Below are positions 25,099-32,000 of a stretch of 32,000 nt of DNA, one piece after another. The position numbers and the translations under genes were made by a program. The notes under the pieces are model-generated. The model was not told where the DNA came from. It made no database searches and was given only the letters and a program-made list of their open reading frames with translations. This DNA comes from Candidatus Nanosynbacter sp. BB002 (lineage in GTDB: Bacteria > Patescibacteriota > Saccharimonadia > Saccharimonadales > Saccharimonadaceae): the NCBI RefSeq assembly GCF_037013405.1, contig NZ_CP146064.1:630001-662000 (forward strand), read 5' to 3'. Positions within the stretch are counted from its first letter, which is position 1; every line of letters begins with the position of its first letter.

Positions 25099-25674
25099 TT
25101 ATTTCTTCAGTGCCTCGGTCACCCGCTGCGCCGTTGGCAAATTAGCATCAACATTTTCCAGCGCTTTAGTAGCATCAGCCAAGGTATAGCCCAGTGCCAT
25201 CAGTGCCTCTAACGCTTCATCAGAAGTATTCAATTCAGTCTGGACTGGCGCGACCGCTCGACCATACTGCGTTGGCAAGCCGACTTTATCGCTCAAATCA
25301 ACCACCACGCGTTCAGCAGTTTTTTTGCCGACACCAGCAGCTTTTTGCACAAACGCACTGTCGGCATTGGCGATGGCGTTACGTACGTGCTCTGCGTCGC
25401 CGAGGCTGAGAATTGCCAGTGCTGCCTTTGGGCCGACACCCTGAACCGTGATGAGCATCTCAAATAGCTTCTTTGCCGCCAGACTCGAAAAACCGAATAG
25501 CTCTTCTGTCTGCTCGCGCACGTGATGATAGGTATAAAACTTCACATCCTGATCCAACATCACCGCATCAAAATCACCAGCCGCCACGCTCACTTCATAG
25601 CCAACGCCGTGAACGTCGATCACCAACGATCCATTAAACTTCTCGGCAACTTTTCCAAAAACATGTGCAATCAT
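25099..25674 (-). CDS. ruvA: Holliday junction DNA helicase subunit RuvA
   Basis: MIAHVFGKV...VIDVHGVGYEV OB-fold N-terminus and HhH motifs (LITVQGVGPKAALAIL, KAAGVGKKTAERVV). 191 aa. Confidence 0.9.
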   Translation of the reverse strand: MIAHVFGKVAEKFNGSLVIDVHGVGYEVSVAAGDFDAVMLDQDVKFYTYHHVREQTEELFGFSSLAAKKLFEMLITVQGVGPKAALAILSLGDAEHVRNAIANADSAFVQKAAGVGKKTAERVVVDLSDKVGLPTQYGRAVAPVQTELNTSDEALEALMALGYTLADATKALENVDANLPTAQRVTEALKK

Positions 25675-25680
25675 ACACTA

Positions 25681-25686
25681 ATTATA
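25681..25686 (-). promoter_or_regulatory. TATAAT box 6 nt upstream of the ruvA ATG, overlapping the ruvC TAA stop
   Basis: Minus strand reads CGGGTATAAT-tagtgt-ATG. The ruvC stop codon is 25684..25682. Confidence 0.45.
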
Positions 25687-26155
25687 CCCGATTCATCGCT
25701 GCATGAGTAATTGCTGCCGCCAAGGCATCGGCACAGTCGTCTGGTTTTGGCACATCCTTGAGTCCCAAGTTTAAACGCACCATTTCCTGGACTTGCTTTT
25801 TATCAGCTTTGCCATAGCCCGTTAGCGTCTGTTTGATTTGCAGCGGCGTATATTCGGCGATCGGCAACCCCGCTTTTCGGCCCGTCAACATCGCCACGCC
25901 ACGCGCTTCTGCCACAGAAATCGCCGTCGTCACATTACGAGCAAAAAACAATTTTTCAATCGACATCACATCAGGCTTGGTCTCAGTAATAATTTCCGTC
26001 AAGCTATCAAAAATCTCCTCCAGCCGCTCATCAATCGGTGTGTGAGCTGGCGTTCTGACGACCCCCGCCGTGACCAGCTTAAACTTACCGCCCGAAAAAT
26101 CAATCACACCAAATCCCAAAATCCCTGTGCCTGGATCGATACCAATGATTCTCAT
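25682..26155 (-). CDS. ruvC: Holliday junction resolvase RuvC
   Basis: MRIIGIDPGTGILGFGVI, plus the SIEKLFF and DCADALAAAITHA catalytic acidic motifs. 157 aa. Confidence 0.9.
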   Translation of the reverse strand: MRIIGIDPGTGILGFGVIDFSGGKFKLVTAGVVRTPAHTPIDERLEEIFDSLTEIITETKPDVMSIEKLFFARNVTTAISVAEARGVAMLTGRKAGLPIAEYTPLQIKQTLTGYGKADKKQVQEMVRLNLGLKDVPKPDDCADALAAAITHAAMNRV

Positions 26156-26162
26156 GGTATGT

Positions 26163-26171
26163 ATTATAGCA
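26163..26171 (-). promoter_or_regulatory. Extended -10 (TGcTATAAT) 7 nt upstream of the ruvC ATG; leaderless-type promoter
   Basis: Minus strand reads ATTGCTATAAT-acatacc-ATG. Confidence 0.6.
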
Positions 26172-26196
26172 ATGATTTGACCACTCAGTCACCAAC

Positions 26197-27933
26197 CTAT
26201 CGCCGCAATTTTCGTATCAATTGCGAAAGCTCCCAACGCCACTGCCACGCGCCGTAGCCTACCGCCAATAAACTAACGCCGCCAAACACCCACCAACCCC
26301 ACGTCGCGCCAGCAACTTGTTGAACACCCGCTGTCGCCGAACCAACAACCGGCATGCTAGCGGTTTTTATCTTCCGACAACGCCGGGTGACTGGACTACG
26401 CTCAAAGCCTTCTGGGCAGTCTTTTAGAATGTCATCTGCGGCAGCGATTTTCTTGCAGCGGCCAGTTGCTGGGTTGCGAAATTGACCATCAGGACAGGGC
26501 TTCAAGGTTTTAGCGGCAGCCGAGGCGATTGAGCGGCACCGACCCGTCGCCTCACTCCGGTAATATCCCTCTTTGCACGGCGTTACAGTCTTTGCTGCTT
26601 CGATTTTCCGACAGCGACGCGTTTCAGGATGCCGATATTGACCGGCTGGACACGGCGCCAGCACATCAGGCCCAGCAGGCGGCGCTGAAATCTTCACACA
26701 TTTACCCGACTCATTACGCATATAGCCACTCTGACAATCCACATATTCCTTAAACACATTGGAAGCACCCTCAGTCACCGCGAACGTTTGCACCCATTCA
26801 CCGTCAAGCAAACTCCAGGAAGCACCCTTTGCTATTTTGTCATATGCAGTAGCATTAATTTCCGCGCCAAACTCATCCAGAAGATATACCTTACCTTTCA
26901 TTTTTGGTAATTTTAATTTTGTATGTTTCACCTTGACCGCCCATAATTCACCGGGTTTCAGTTCAATATCACCAAGTACTTCTTGTGAATTATTACTACT
27001 AGTCTCCAACTTACAGCCAGCTGTCGTGATAGCCTTGTCGCTCACATTCACCAGTTCGATAAACGGCTCGTCAATGTGAGAGGCAATTTCATTCAGCTTC
27101 AAGCCTTCACATTTGTTGAGTGGTTTTGGCGACTCAGGAGCTTTACACTGCGGGCGTGCGTATGGCACAACCTCCTGATCATCAACTGTTTTGTTTGACG
27201 AAAAGTCAGCCAGATTATTTTTCGAATCAACGATGAGATTACCAGCAAAACAGCGCCAGACAGTTTTGATACCGCCAGTCACGGTTGTACCCAAAAACTT
27301 TTTTGCCTCACCCCAACCAATAACATCAGCAGGTGACCCGTCAGCCCGCGACAACACCACCGACCCTTCACCCTGAATCATGCTCGGCACCTTGTCAAAC
27401 TTCACCGCTTTTGTCAGCGCCGTATCATTTGAAATCACCAAAAAGTCATTAGCGAAAATCACCTCATCCTTAAACTCTTTTCCGCCAGTTTTCACATCAG
27501 CCTTATAGTGTTCAATTTTCCAACCCGCTAGCTTCACATTGCTGTCTGTTGGATTATACAGCTCAATATATTTCTTGTCGGGGCTAACTTTTGAAATCAA
27601 CAATGGTGCTGTTTTTTCGAGTGCTTCGTCAGTTGTTGGTGCTGGCTGAGGAGCCACATGTACTGGCACCGCAGTTGGTAGATTAGTTTGTGCTACCGGT
27701 TTTGCAGTCGGTTGCTCACCAACTAAGCTTGGCTCTGGTTGAGACGAAGGCGCAGTAGCAGCCGAATTGGGGCTAGATGGTGATGCGTCGTTTGCTGGCA
27801 CCTCAGCCGTCTGCGATGTTTCACCACTAGACGCTGGCTCAACTCCCAGATTATCAACCGCCAAAACTGACGGCGACGGCATAATCAATGCCGCGATTAG
27901 TATCATAAGTAGTGTGTATCGCAAATATTTCAT
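26197..27933 (-). CDS. Secreted, C-terminally membrane-anchored protein with two lamin-tail-like domains and five basic Cys-pair repeats
   Basis: Signal peptide MKYLRYTLLMILIAALIMPSPSVLA, then a P/S/A-rich linker. LTD-like strings LLISKVSPDKKYIELYNPTDSNVKLAGWKIE and LKLNEIASHIDEPFIELVNVSDKAITTAGCKLE. Five C-x-x-G-x-x-R-x6-C-(R/K/V)-(K/S)-I repeats. C-terminal TM WGWWVFGGVSLLAVGYGAWQW followed by a basic tail. Confidence 0.7.
   Translation of the reverse strand: MKYLRYTLLMILIAALIMPSPSVLAVDNLGVEPASSGETSQTAEVPANDASPSSPNSAATAPSSQPEPSLVGEQPTAKPVAQTNLPTAVPVHVAPQPAPTTDEALEKTAPLLISKVSPDKKYIELYNPTDSNVKLAGWKIEHYKADVKTGGKEFKDEVIFANDFLVISNDTALTKAVKFDKVPSMIQGEGSVVLSRADGSPADVIGWGEAKKFLGTTVTGGIKTVWRCFAGNLIVDSKNNLADFSSNKTVDDQEVVPYARPQCKAPESPKPLNKCEGLKLNEIASHIDEPFIELVNVSDKAITTAGCKLETSSNNSQEVLGDIELKPGELWAVKVKHTKLKLPKMKGKVYLLDEFGAEINATAYDKIAKGASWSLLDGEWVQTFAVTEGASNVFKEYVDCQSGYMRNESGKCVKISAPPAGPDVLAPCPAGQYRHPETRRCRKIEAAKTVTPCKEGYYRSEATGRCRSIASAAAKTLKPCPDGQFRNPATGRCKKIAAADDILKDCPEGFERSPVTRRCRKIKTASMPVVGSATAGVQQVAGATWGWWVFGGVSLLAVGYGAWQWRWELSQLIRKLRR
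26368..26736 (-). repeat. Coding repeat array: five ~25-28 aa Cys-pair modules
   Basis: The five modules are CQSGYMRNESGKCVKI, CPAGQYRHPETRRCRKI, CKEGYYRSEATGRCRSI, CPDGQFRNPATGRCKKI and CPEGFERSPVTRRCRKI (residues 400-522). Confidence 0.85.
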
Positions 27934-27985
27934 GCTCGCCCCTTGCTTATGGTTAACTACTTTTAGTGTAGCGTACTTTTTGCCA

Positions 27986-28020
27986 AAACAAAAACCGCCC
28001 CGAGAATGAGGCGATTTTTT
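27986..28020 (-). terminator. Probable rho-independent terminator after yebC
   Basis: Minus strand has a short GC stem CGCC..GGCG (plus 1 bp) followed by GTTTTTGTTTT. An A-tract precedes it. Confidence 0.5.
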
Positions 28021-28032
28021 CTGATAATCATG

Positions 28033-28749
28033 CTATTCTGCTGTGATATTGGCGTTAGTGTGTACATTCACCACATCGTCTAGGTCGTCCAGCGCATCAA
28101 CTACTTTCATCAATTTCTGTGCGGTTTCTGCATCAGCGATCTCAACTGGTGTATTAGCGATGTAGCGCAGCTCGGCGTCTTTCACCTCCAGACCCTGCTC
28201 AGCCAATGCATTTCTAACGTTCGCCAGATCTTTCAGTTCGGTGTAGACAATAATCTCGCCGTCTTCCTCGACCGCGTCCTCAGCGCCAGCATCTAACACT
28301 TGCAGGAGCAATTCCTCACCCGTACCTTCCACAGTGATTACGCCCTTGCGGGTGAATTGAAATGCCACACTGCCAGCGTCAGCGATGCGCCCGCCGTTTT
28401 TGACCAGCGCGGTTTTCACTTCTGGCAATGTGCGATTACGATTGTCGGTCGCCGTTTCGATGATGATGCCGACACCGCCCGGGCCGTAACCTTCGTAAGT
28501 AATTTCTTCCAGCGCTGCTGCGCTTTTGTCAGCCACGCGATCGATTGCTCGCTGGATATTAGCACTCGGCATGTTGGCAGCCTTGGCCTTTTCGATCGCC
28601 ATTGCCAAACTTGAATTCAATGTTGGATCAGTGCCGCCACGCGCCGCGATTGCAATTTGGTTACCCAACTTCGTGAAAATCGCGCCACGCTTTGCATCAA
28701 CAATCGCTTTCTGCCGGTGCGTCGTTGCCCATTTACTATGTCCTGACAT
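28033..28749 (-). CDS. yebC: YebC/PmpR family DNA-binding transcriptional regulator
   Basis: MSGHSKWATTHRQKAIVDAKRGAIFTKL is a canonical YebC N-terminus. 238 aa. TAGGAG SD. Confidence 0.9.
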   Translation of the reverse strand: MSGHSKWATTHRQKAIVDAKRGAIFTKLGNQIAIAARGGTDPTLNSSLAMAIEKAKAANMPSANIQRAIDRVADKSAAALEEITYEGYGPGGVGIIIETATDNRNRTLPEVKTALVKNGGRIADAGSVAFQFTRKGVITVEGTGEELLLQVLDAGAEDAVEEDGEIIVYTELKDLANVRNALAEQGLEVKDAELRYIANTPVEIADAETAQKLMKVVDALDDLDDVVNVHTNANITAE

Positions 28750-28817
28750 ACTATCTCCTACCGTTTATCTATGTTCAATCTGTTAGTATTATATATCAAA
28801 TACAGACGTGAGACAAT

Positions 28818-29432
28818 TTAGACTGGCAAGCCCAAAGCTGACAACACGTTTGGCATGTCAATTTCACTGTCTTTTTGTACGCGAACAACTGGGTATCCAT
28901 ACTGCTGCGCCTCGGCCTGAATTCGCTGATCGAACAGCCGCGCCCACATAATCTCATATTCTTTCAGCTCATTAGCATATGTGTCAGCATCCGCATATAG
29001 ACCACGACTAAATATCGCCTGCCTTAACGCGTCATCGCCTTCGTCAGTCAAGAATATTGATCGTACATCGCTAGCGGTCTGTAATGACGGTAGCAGCGAT
29101 GGTAAAATATTAACACCTTCCAATACAAAACCTTCACGCCAGGTAAAATCATCCTCGATTAATTTCTTATTGCCAGGCCAGGTTTCAATGCCGTGCATGT
29201 ATTCCCGTTCGGCTATTTCTTCCGGTGAAAATTGCTGGAAAAACTCAGCTGCTGACAATCCGTGCGCCGACAATAGATGCAGATATTGTTTTGGATCTGC
29301 CACGCCCTGCATGACCAACCGTGTTTGATCAGTTGACAGCCACGGCAGCGCCAGCTTCTGAGATAATTCTCGTGCCAGCGTTGTTTTACCAGTTGTTGGC
29401 ATACCGCCAATCAAAATTATCATTCTCGCCAT
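28818..29432 (-). CDS. P-loop NTPase / kinase-like protein, unknown substrate
   Basis: Walker A GGMPTTGKTTLAREL close to the N-terminus. Start set at ATG 29432 (MARMIILIGG...) because TGaTATAAT sits 7 nt upstream; the ORF is open to TTG 29456. Confidence 0.6.
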   Translation of the reverse strand: MARMIILIGGMPTTGKTTLARELSQKLALPWLSTDQTRLVMQGVADPKQYLHLLSAHGLSAAEFFQQFSPEEIAEREYMHGIETWPGNKKLIEDDFTWREGFVLEGVNILPSLLPSLQTASDVRSIFLTDEGDDALRQAIFSRGLYADADTYANELKEYEIMWARLFDQRIQAEAQQYGYPVVRVQKDSEIDMPNVLSALGLPV

Positions 29433-29439
29433 TACACCC

Positions 29440-29448
29440 ATTATATCA
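29440..29448 (-). promoter_or_regulatory. Extended -10 (TGaTATAAT) 7 nt upstream of ATG 29432; its TGA is the comEC stop codon
   Basis: Minus strand reads AATGATATAAT-gggtgta-ATG. The comEC stop is 29448..29446. Confidence 0.55.
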
Positions 29449-30900
29449 TTCGACAATGTTCACCTTCCCCAGGTTCAATTTTGTCTGCCTCTTCATCCAC
29501 CACATGGCGCCAATCATCATCACATACATCACACCGCATTGCCACCAGGTGATATTCACCTCCATCTGCGCCCATTCCAGGCTCGCCAGCCAGTTGGCCG
29601 CCTGAATCATATAGCTCAGCAGCCAGGTTGTCGGCAGGGCAATGGCCGCGCCAATCATCGGTACTACGGCTAGTACGCCCGATGCAAACGTCAGCAACAT
29701 CGCCAGCGGCACGAACGGCAAAATCAGCATATTAGCGATCAGCGCTACATTACTAACCACGCCGAAGCTCATCATCAACAGCGGCAGTGTCGCAAGCTGC
29801 GCCGACAGCGTCTCAACCAGAATTTGCCGAAACGTTCCAGGTTCTTTATCACCAAAGAAATACTTGTGCAGCAGCGGCGCCAGGATGATCACGCCCGTAA
29901 ACGACGCGAAGCTCAGTTGCCAACCCAAATCACCCCAGCCAAATTGTGGATTGACCATCAGCGTAATCGCCGCCGAGACTGGCAGCAGCACCAGCGGATG
30001 AATCGTCCGGCCATAATACCAGGCTGCCAAACTCAGGCCCGCCACCAGCCCAGCCCGCGACATGCTCGGGCTCAAGCCCGTCACCGCCATGAAACCAAGG
30101 ATCATCGTTGCCGCACTGAGCATTGCCAAATATTTTGACCGTTTGGCAAATAACCGCCGTGCCAGTCGCACTAAAATCGTCAAATTATAACCGCTAGCCA
30201 CCACGATGTGCGTCAGTCCAGCAATCTTCAAATTATCGCTCAGTTCCGTCGGCATGGCTCGCCGTAGCCCCAACAAAAATCCCAAACCCAACGCCGACTC
30301 AGACTCTGGAATATGCTTGCGCACTCGCTCGGCAAACCAGTCGCGCACTCCGACCGCCACGTCGCCAGGAACTGGACGCTCAACGCTGCCAATTTTCGCC
30401 CGATACATACTCGCCGAAAAAGCCCCAAATCCCGCCGTCAATTTTCCCTGTATCTGGACGATGTCACTGCGTTTAATGGAACGCTTGTCAGCCGTCACCA
30501 CCCATAGTTGTCCTGCCAATCTCTCGCCATTGATCCGTAAATCACTCAGTCGCAATACCGTTTTCCCTTTCTTGTCGATGTCAGGATCTTCCAAAACACG
30601 GCCCTGAATAACGGCGGTTTTGCCAATCAGCGAATCGTACGCCTCCAAGCCGGTTCGACCCAGCTCACCGCGCCACAAGCCCACCAAGCCACCAGCGATA
30701 AGTGCCACAATCATCAACGCCCGCCATCGCCAGACCATCACCACAGCCATTAATCCTAACCCGAGCACCAAAGTCCGCCAGTCAAACACCGTTGACCGCG
30801 GAACATGATGAATAGCAATGACGCCAACCGTCAACCCCAAACACCACGCCGCCACCAACCAAGAAATATGCAGTTCCCTGGTTAGATTGCGTATCGTCAT
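29446..30900 (-). CDS. comEC: DNA internalisation channel ComEC/Rec2 (short form without metallo-beta-lactamase domain)
   Basis: N-terminal TM helices plus an OB-like insert (VIQGRVLEDPDIDKKGKTVLRL...). The polytopic competence domain contains GLTHIVVASGYNLTIL. At 484 aa it ends right after the membrane domain. Confidence 0.8.
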   Translation of the reverse strand: MTIRNLTRELHISWLVAAWCLGLTVGVIAIHHVPRSTVFDWRTLVLGLGLMAVVMVWRWRALMIVALIAGGLVGLWRGELGRTGLEAYDSLIGKTAVIQGRVLEDPDIDKKGKTVLRLSDLRINGERLAGQLWVVTADKRSIKRSDIVQIQGKLTAGFGAFSASMYRAKIGSVERPVPGDVAVGVRDWFAERVRKHIPESESALGLGFLLGLRRAMPTELSDNLKIAGLTHIVVASGYNLTILVRLARRLFAKRSKYLAMLSAATMILGFMAVTGLSPSMSRAGLVAGLSLAAWYYGRTIHPLVLLPVSAAITLMVNPQFGWGDLGWQLSFASFTGVIILAPLLHKYFFGDKEPGTFRQILVETLSAQLATLPLLMMSFGVVSNVALIANMLILPFVPLAMLLTFASGVLAVVPMIGAAIALPTTWLLSYMIQAANWLASLEWAQMEVNITWWQCGVMYVMMIGAMWWMKRQTKLNLGKVNIVE

Positions 30901-30908
30901 ATGTCTTT

Positions 30909-30917
30909 AGTATGACA
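30909..30917 (-). promoter_or_regulatory. Extended -10-like box (TGtCATACT) 8 nt upstream of the comEC ATG; leaderless-type promoter
   Basis: Minus strand reads ATGTGTCATACT-aaagacat-ATG. Confidence 0.5.
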
Positions 30918-30938
30918 CATATTCTTGAAACGCATATG

Positions 30939-32000
30939 TTAAAAAGAAGATGTTCTAACGTCAGGATATTCTCGGGAACATATTCTTTGGAATGTTTCAC
31001 ATAACTCATTCAGTCTATCGGCTGAAGGTAGTTGATCTCTCCCGATCCCCGGAACTATTTTAGGCAAGTCCAAGATAAATCGCACGGACTGAGACGCCGA
31101 CTCATCATATGGATCAATATCGTTTCTGGCTAAAATTTCACTCAATTCTCCCCAGAAGATTTTTTGCAGCCTACTCTCTCCTCCATATGTTTTAGTGAGT
31201 TCAGACTGGTTAATCCTCTTTCGTGAATCAATAACAATTTCCCGCAGTCTTTTAATACACTTACGAAAGTCCTCTTCATATTTACGGTCAAGGCTCCTGA
31301 TCTGCTGAGTAACTGTCTTCCGGGAGTCACTCCTTGATCGCGCATCGGGAGCCCCTTCTTGTAGCCCATTGCTCTCATGACCAATTACCTTTGACAGCAA
31401 TGCCTGGGCAGATGTCACTAGAGCTTTCTTTTTATCTAGTAGCGAATGTTTAGAGGGCTTGCTATCATACTGCTGCAGTAGCCTTTGTGACTCAGCTTCA
31501 TCCTGTAGGCATTTCATATCTTCAATTGCAGTATCACGCCAATACGTAAAAGATTTTATACTATCACCAGCACTTCTTTTTTCGTCATAACTAAAGTCAC
31601 CATTACCATCAAAATCATCCAATATTCGTTCAATTAGCGCCGGCAAGCCGGCAGACTGATAGTCCTGCCATTCTGTAAATCCATATTCTTCTAAAATTTG
31701 ATCAGCCCGGTGCCAAAAACGATCAGCTCGCTGCTGTTGATCGACCGGCATATCACCAATAAAGTAGATATTACCCGCTCCCTGACTATCCGCCAAACCA
31801 GTCTGCATATCACCACTAACATACGAGTCCGGTGCTAACAAATTAGGCCTAACGGCTCTCCTTCCCATACTCGAGAAACATTCACTCAGTCCTTTAATCT
31901 GTGCTCCAAACTCTTTTTTACGACGCTGGCGGTTATATGCAAAGCTCAAGCCACCGGTTGCTATTCCTGCCGCCACTCCAGATAAGCTAACCGTTGGAGC
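30939..32000 (-). CDS. Hypothetical protein, 5'-truncated by the window edge (Gly/Ala-rich TM helix, then a charged helical ~320-aa domain)
   Basis: The reading frame stays open from 31976 to the window end (..APTVSLSGVAAGIATGGLSFAY then NRQRRKKE). No recognisable motif. Looks AT-richer than the flanking core genes by eye. Confidence 0.5.
   Translation of the reverse strand, partial: APTVSLSGVAAGIATGGLSFAYNRQRRKKEFGAQIKGLSECFSSMGRRAVRPNLLAPDSYVSGDMQTGLADSQGAGNIYFIGDMPVDQQQRADRFWHRADQILEEYGFTEWQDYQSAGLPALIERILDDFDGNGDFSYDEKRSAGDSIKSFTYWRDTAIEDMKCLQDEAESQRLLQQYDSKPSKHSLLDKKKALVTSAQALLSKVIGHESNGLQEGAPDARSRSDSRKTVTQQIRSLDRKYEEDFRKCIKRLREIVIDSRKRINQSELTKTYGGESRLQKIFWGELSEILARNDIDPYDESASQSVRFILDLPKIVPGIGRDQLPSADRLNELCETFQRICSREYPDVRTSSF

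Noticed and set aside
25838-26257. 139-aa plus-strand ORF across ruvC and the ruvC/LTD spacer.
   Set aside because: It is antisense to ruvC, Arg-rich and low-complexity, with no start context.
1-32000. Alternative genetic code (UGA recoding, as in some CPR lineages).
   Set aside because: TGA terminates several well-delimited genes at family-typical lengths (ruvB, comEC, tsaE, two pilin-like genes). No conserved protein needs read-through.
1-32000. CRISPR arrays, rRNA genes, IS elements, long tandem or interspersed DNA repeats.
   Set aside because: Reading both strands, I found no repeat-spacer periodicity, rRNA-like stretch or terminal inverted repeats flanking a transposase. The only repeats seen are the 15-nt duplication at pilC and the coding Cys-repeat array.

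Overview
This is a gene-dense chromosomal segment, mostly on the minus strand, with about 40 CDS and 3 tRNAs. It uses the standard genetic code: TGA ends several well-supported ORFs. I saw no rRNA, CRISPR array, transposase, integrase, prophage or recognisable defence or toxin module.

The gene content suggests a reduced-genome monoderm bacterium, most plausibly Patescibacteria/CPR of the Saccharibacteria (TM7) type. That content includes a secretin-less type IV pilus set, MurT/GatD, RNase Y, ComEC, a miniaturised TsaB and compact housekeeping proteins. The taxon call is inference only, because no search was possible.

Gene order along the window:
- three tandem prepilin-like genes, then murB
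- two tRNA-Arg genes
- a membrane-anchored Clp/Hsp100-like double AAA+ ATPase coupled to a small membrane protein
- murT-gatD, then tRNA-Pro
- rny plus a Nudix-dPGM fusion
- an AT-rich orphan membrane gene
- tsaE-tsaB
- pilB-pilC-pilM-pilN-pilO plus two accessory genes
- recA, a 2H phosphoesterase gene, recX
- a small pilin and a PH-domain membrane protein
- ruvB, HIT, an HD hydrolase, ruvA, ruvC
- a lamin-tail-domain surface protein with Cys repeats
- yebC, a P-loop kinase-like gene, comEC
- a 5'-truncated orphan ORF

Main second-look items:
1. The Clp-like ATPase has two N-terminal TM helices, no visible aromatic pore loops and a degenerate D1 Walker B. It forms a two-gene membrane module.
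2. A pervasive leaderless layout recurs: an extended -10 box (TGnTATAAT) sits 6-9 nt upstream of at least 14 start codons. Several of these boxes overlap the stop codon of the preceding gene.
3. The LTD/Cys-repeat surface protein lies inside an unusually tight cluster of DNA-uptake and recombination genes (T4P, recA/recX, ruvABC, comEC).

I cannot show from sequence alone that any of these is a new system. They are candidates, not demonstrations.
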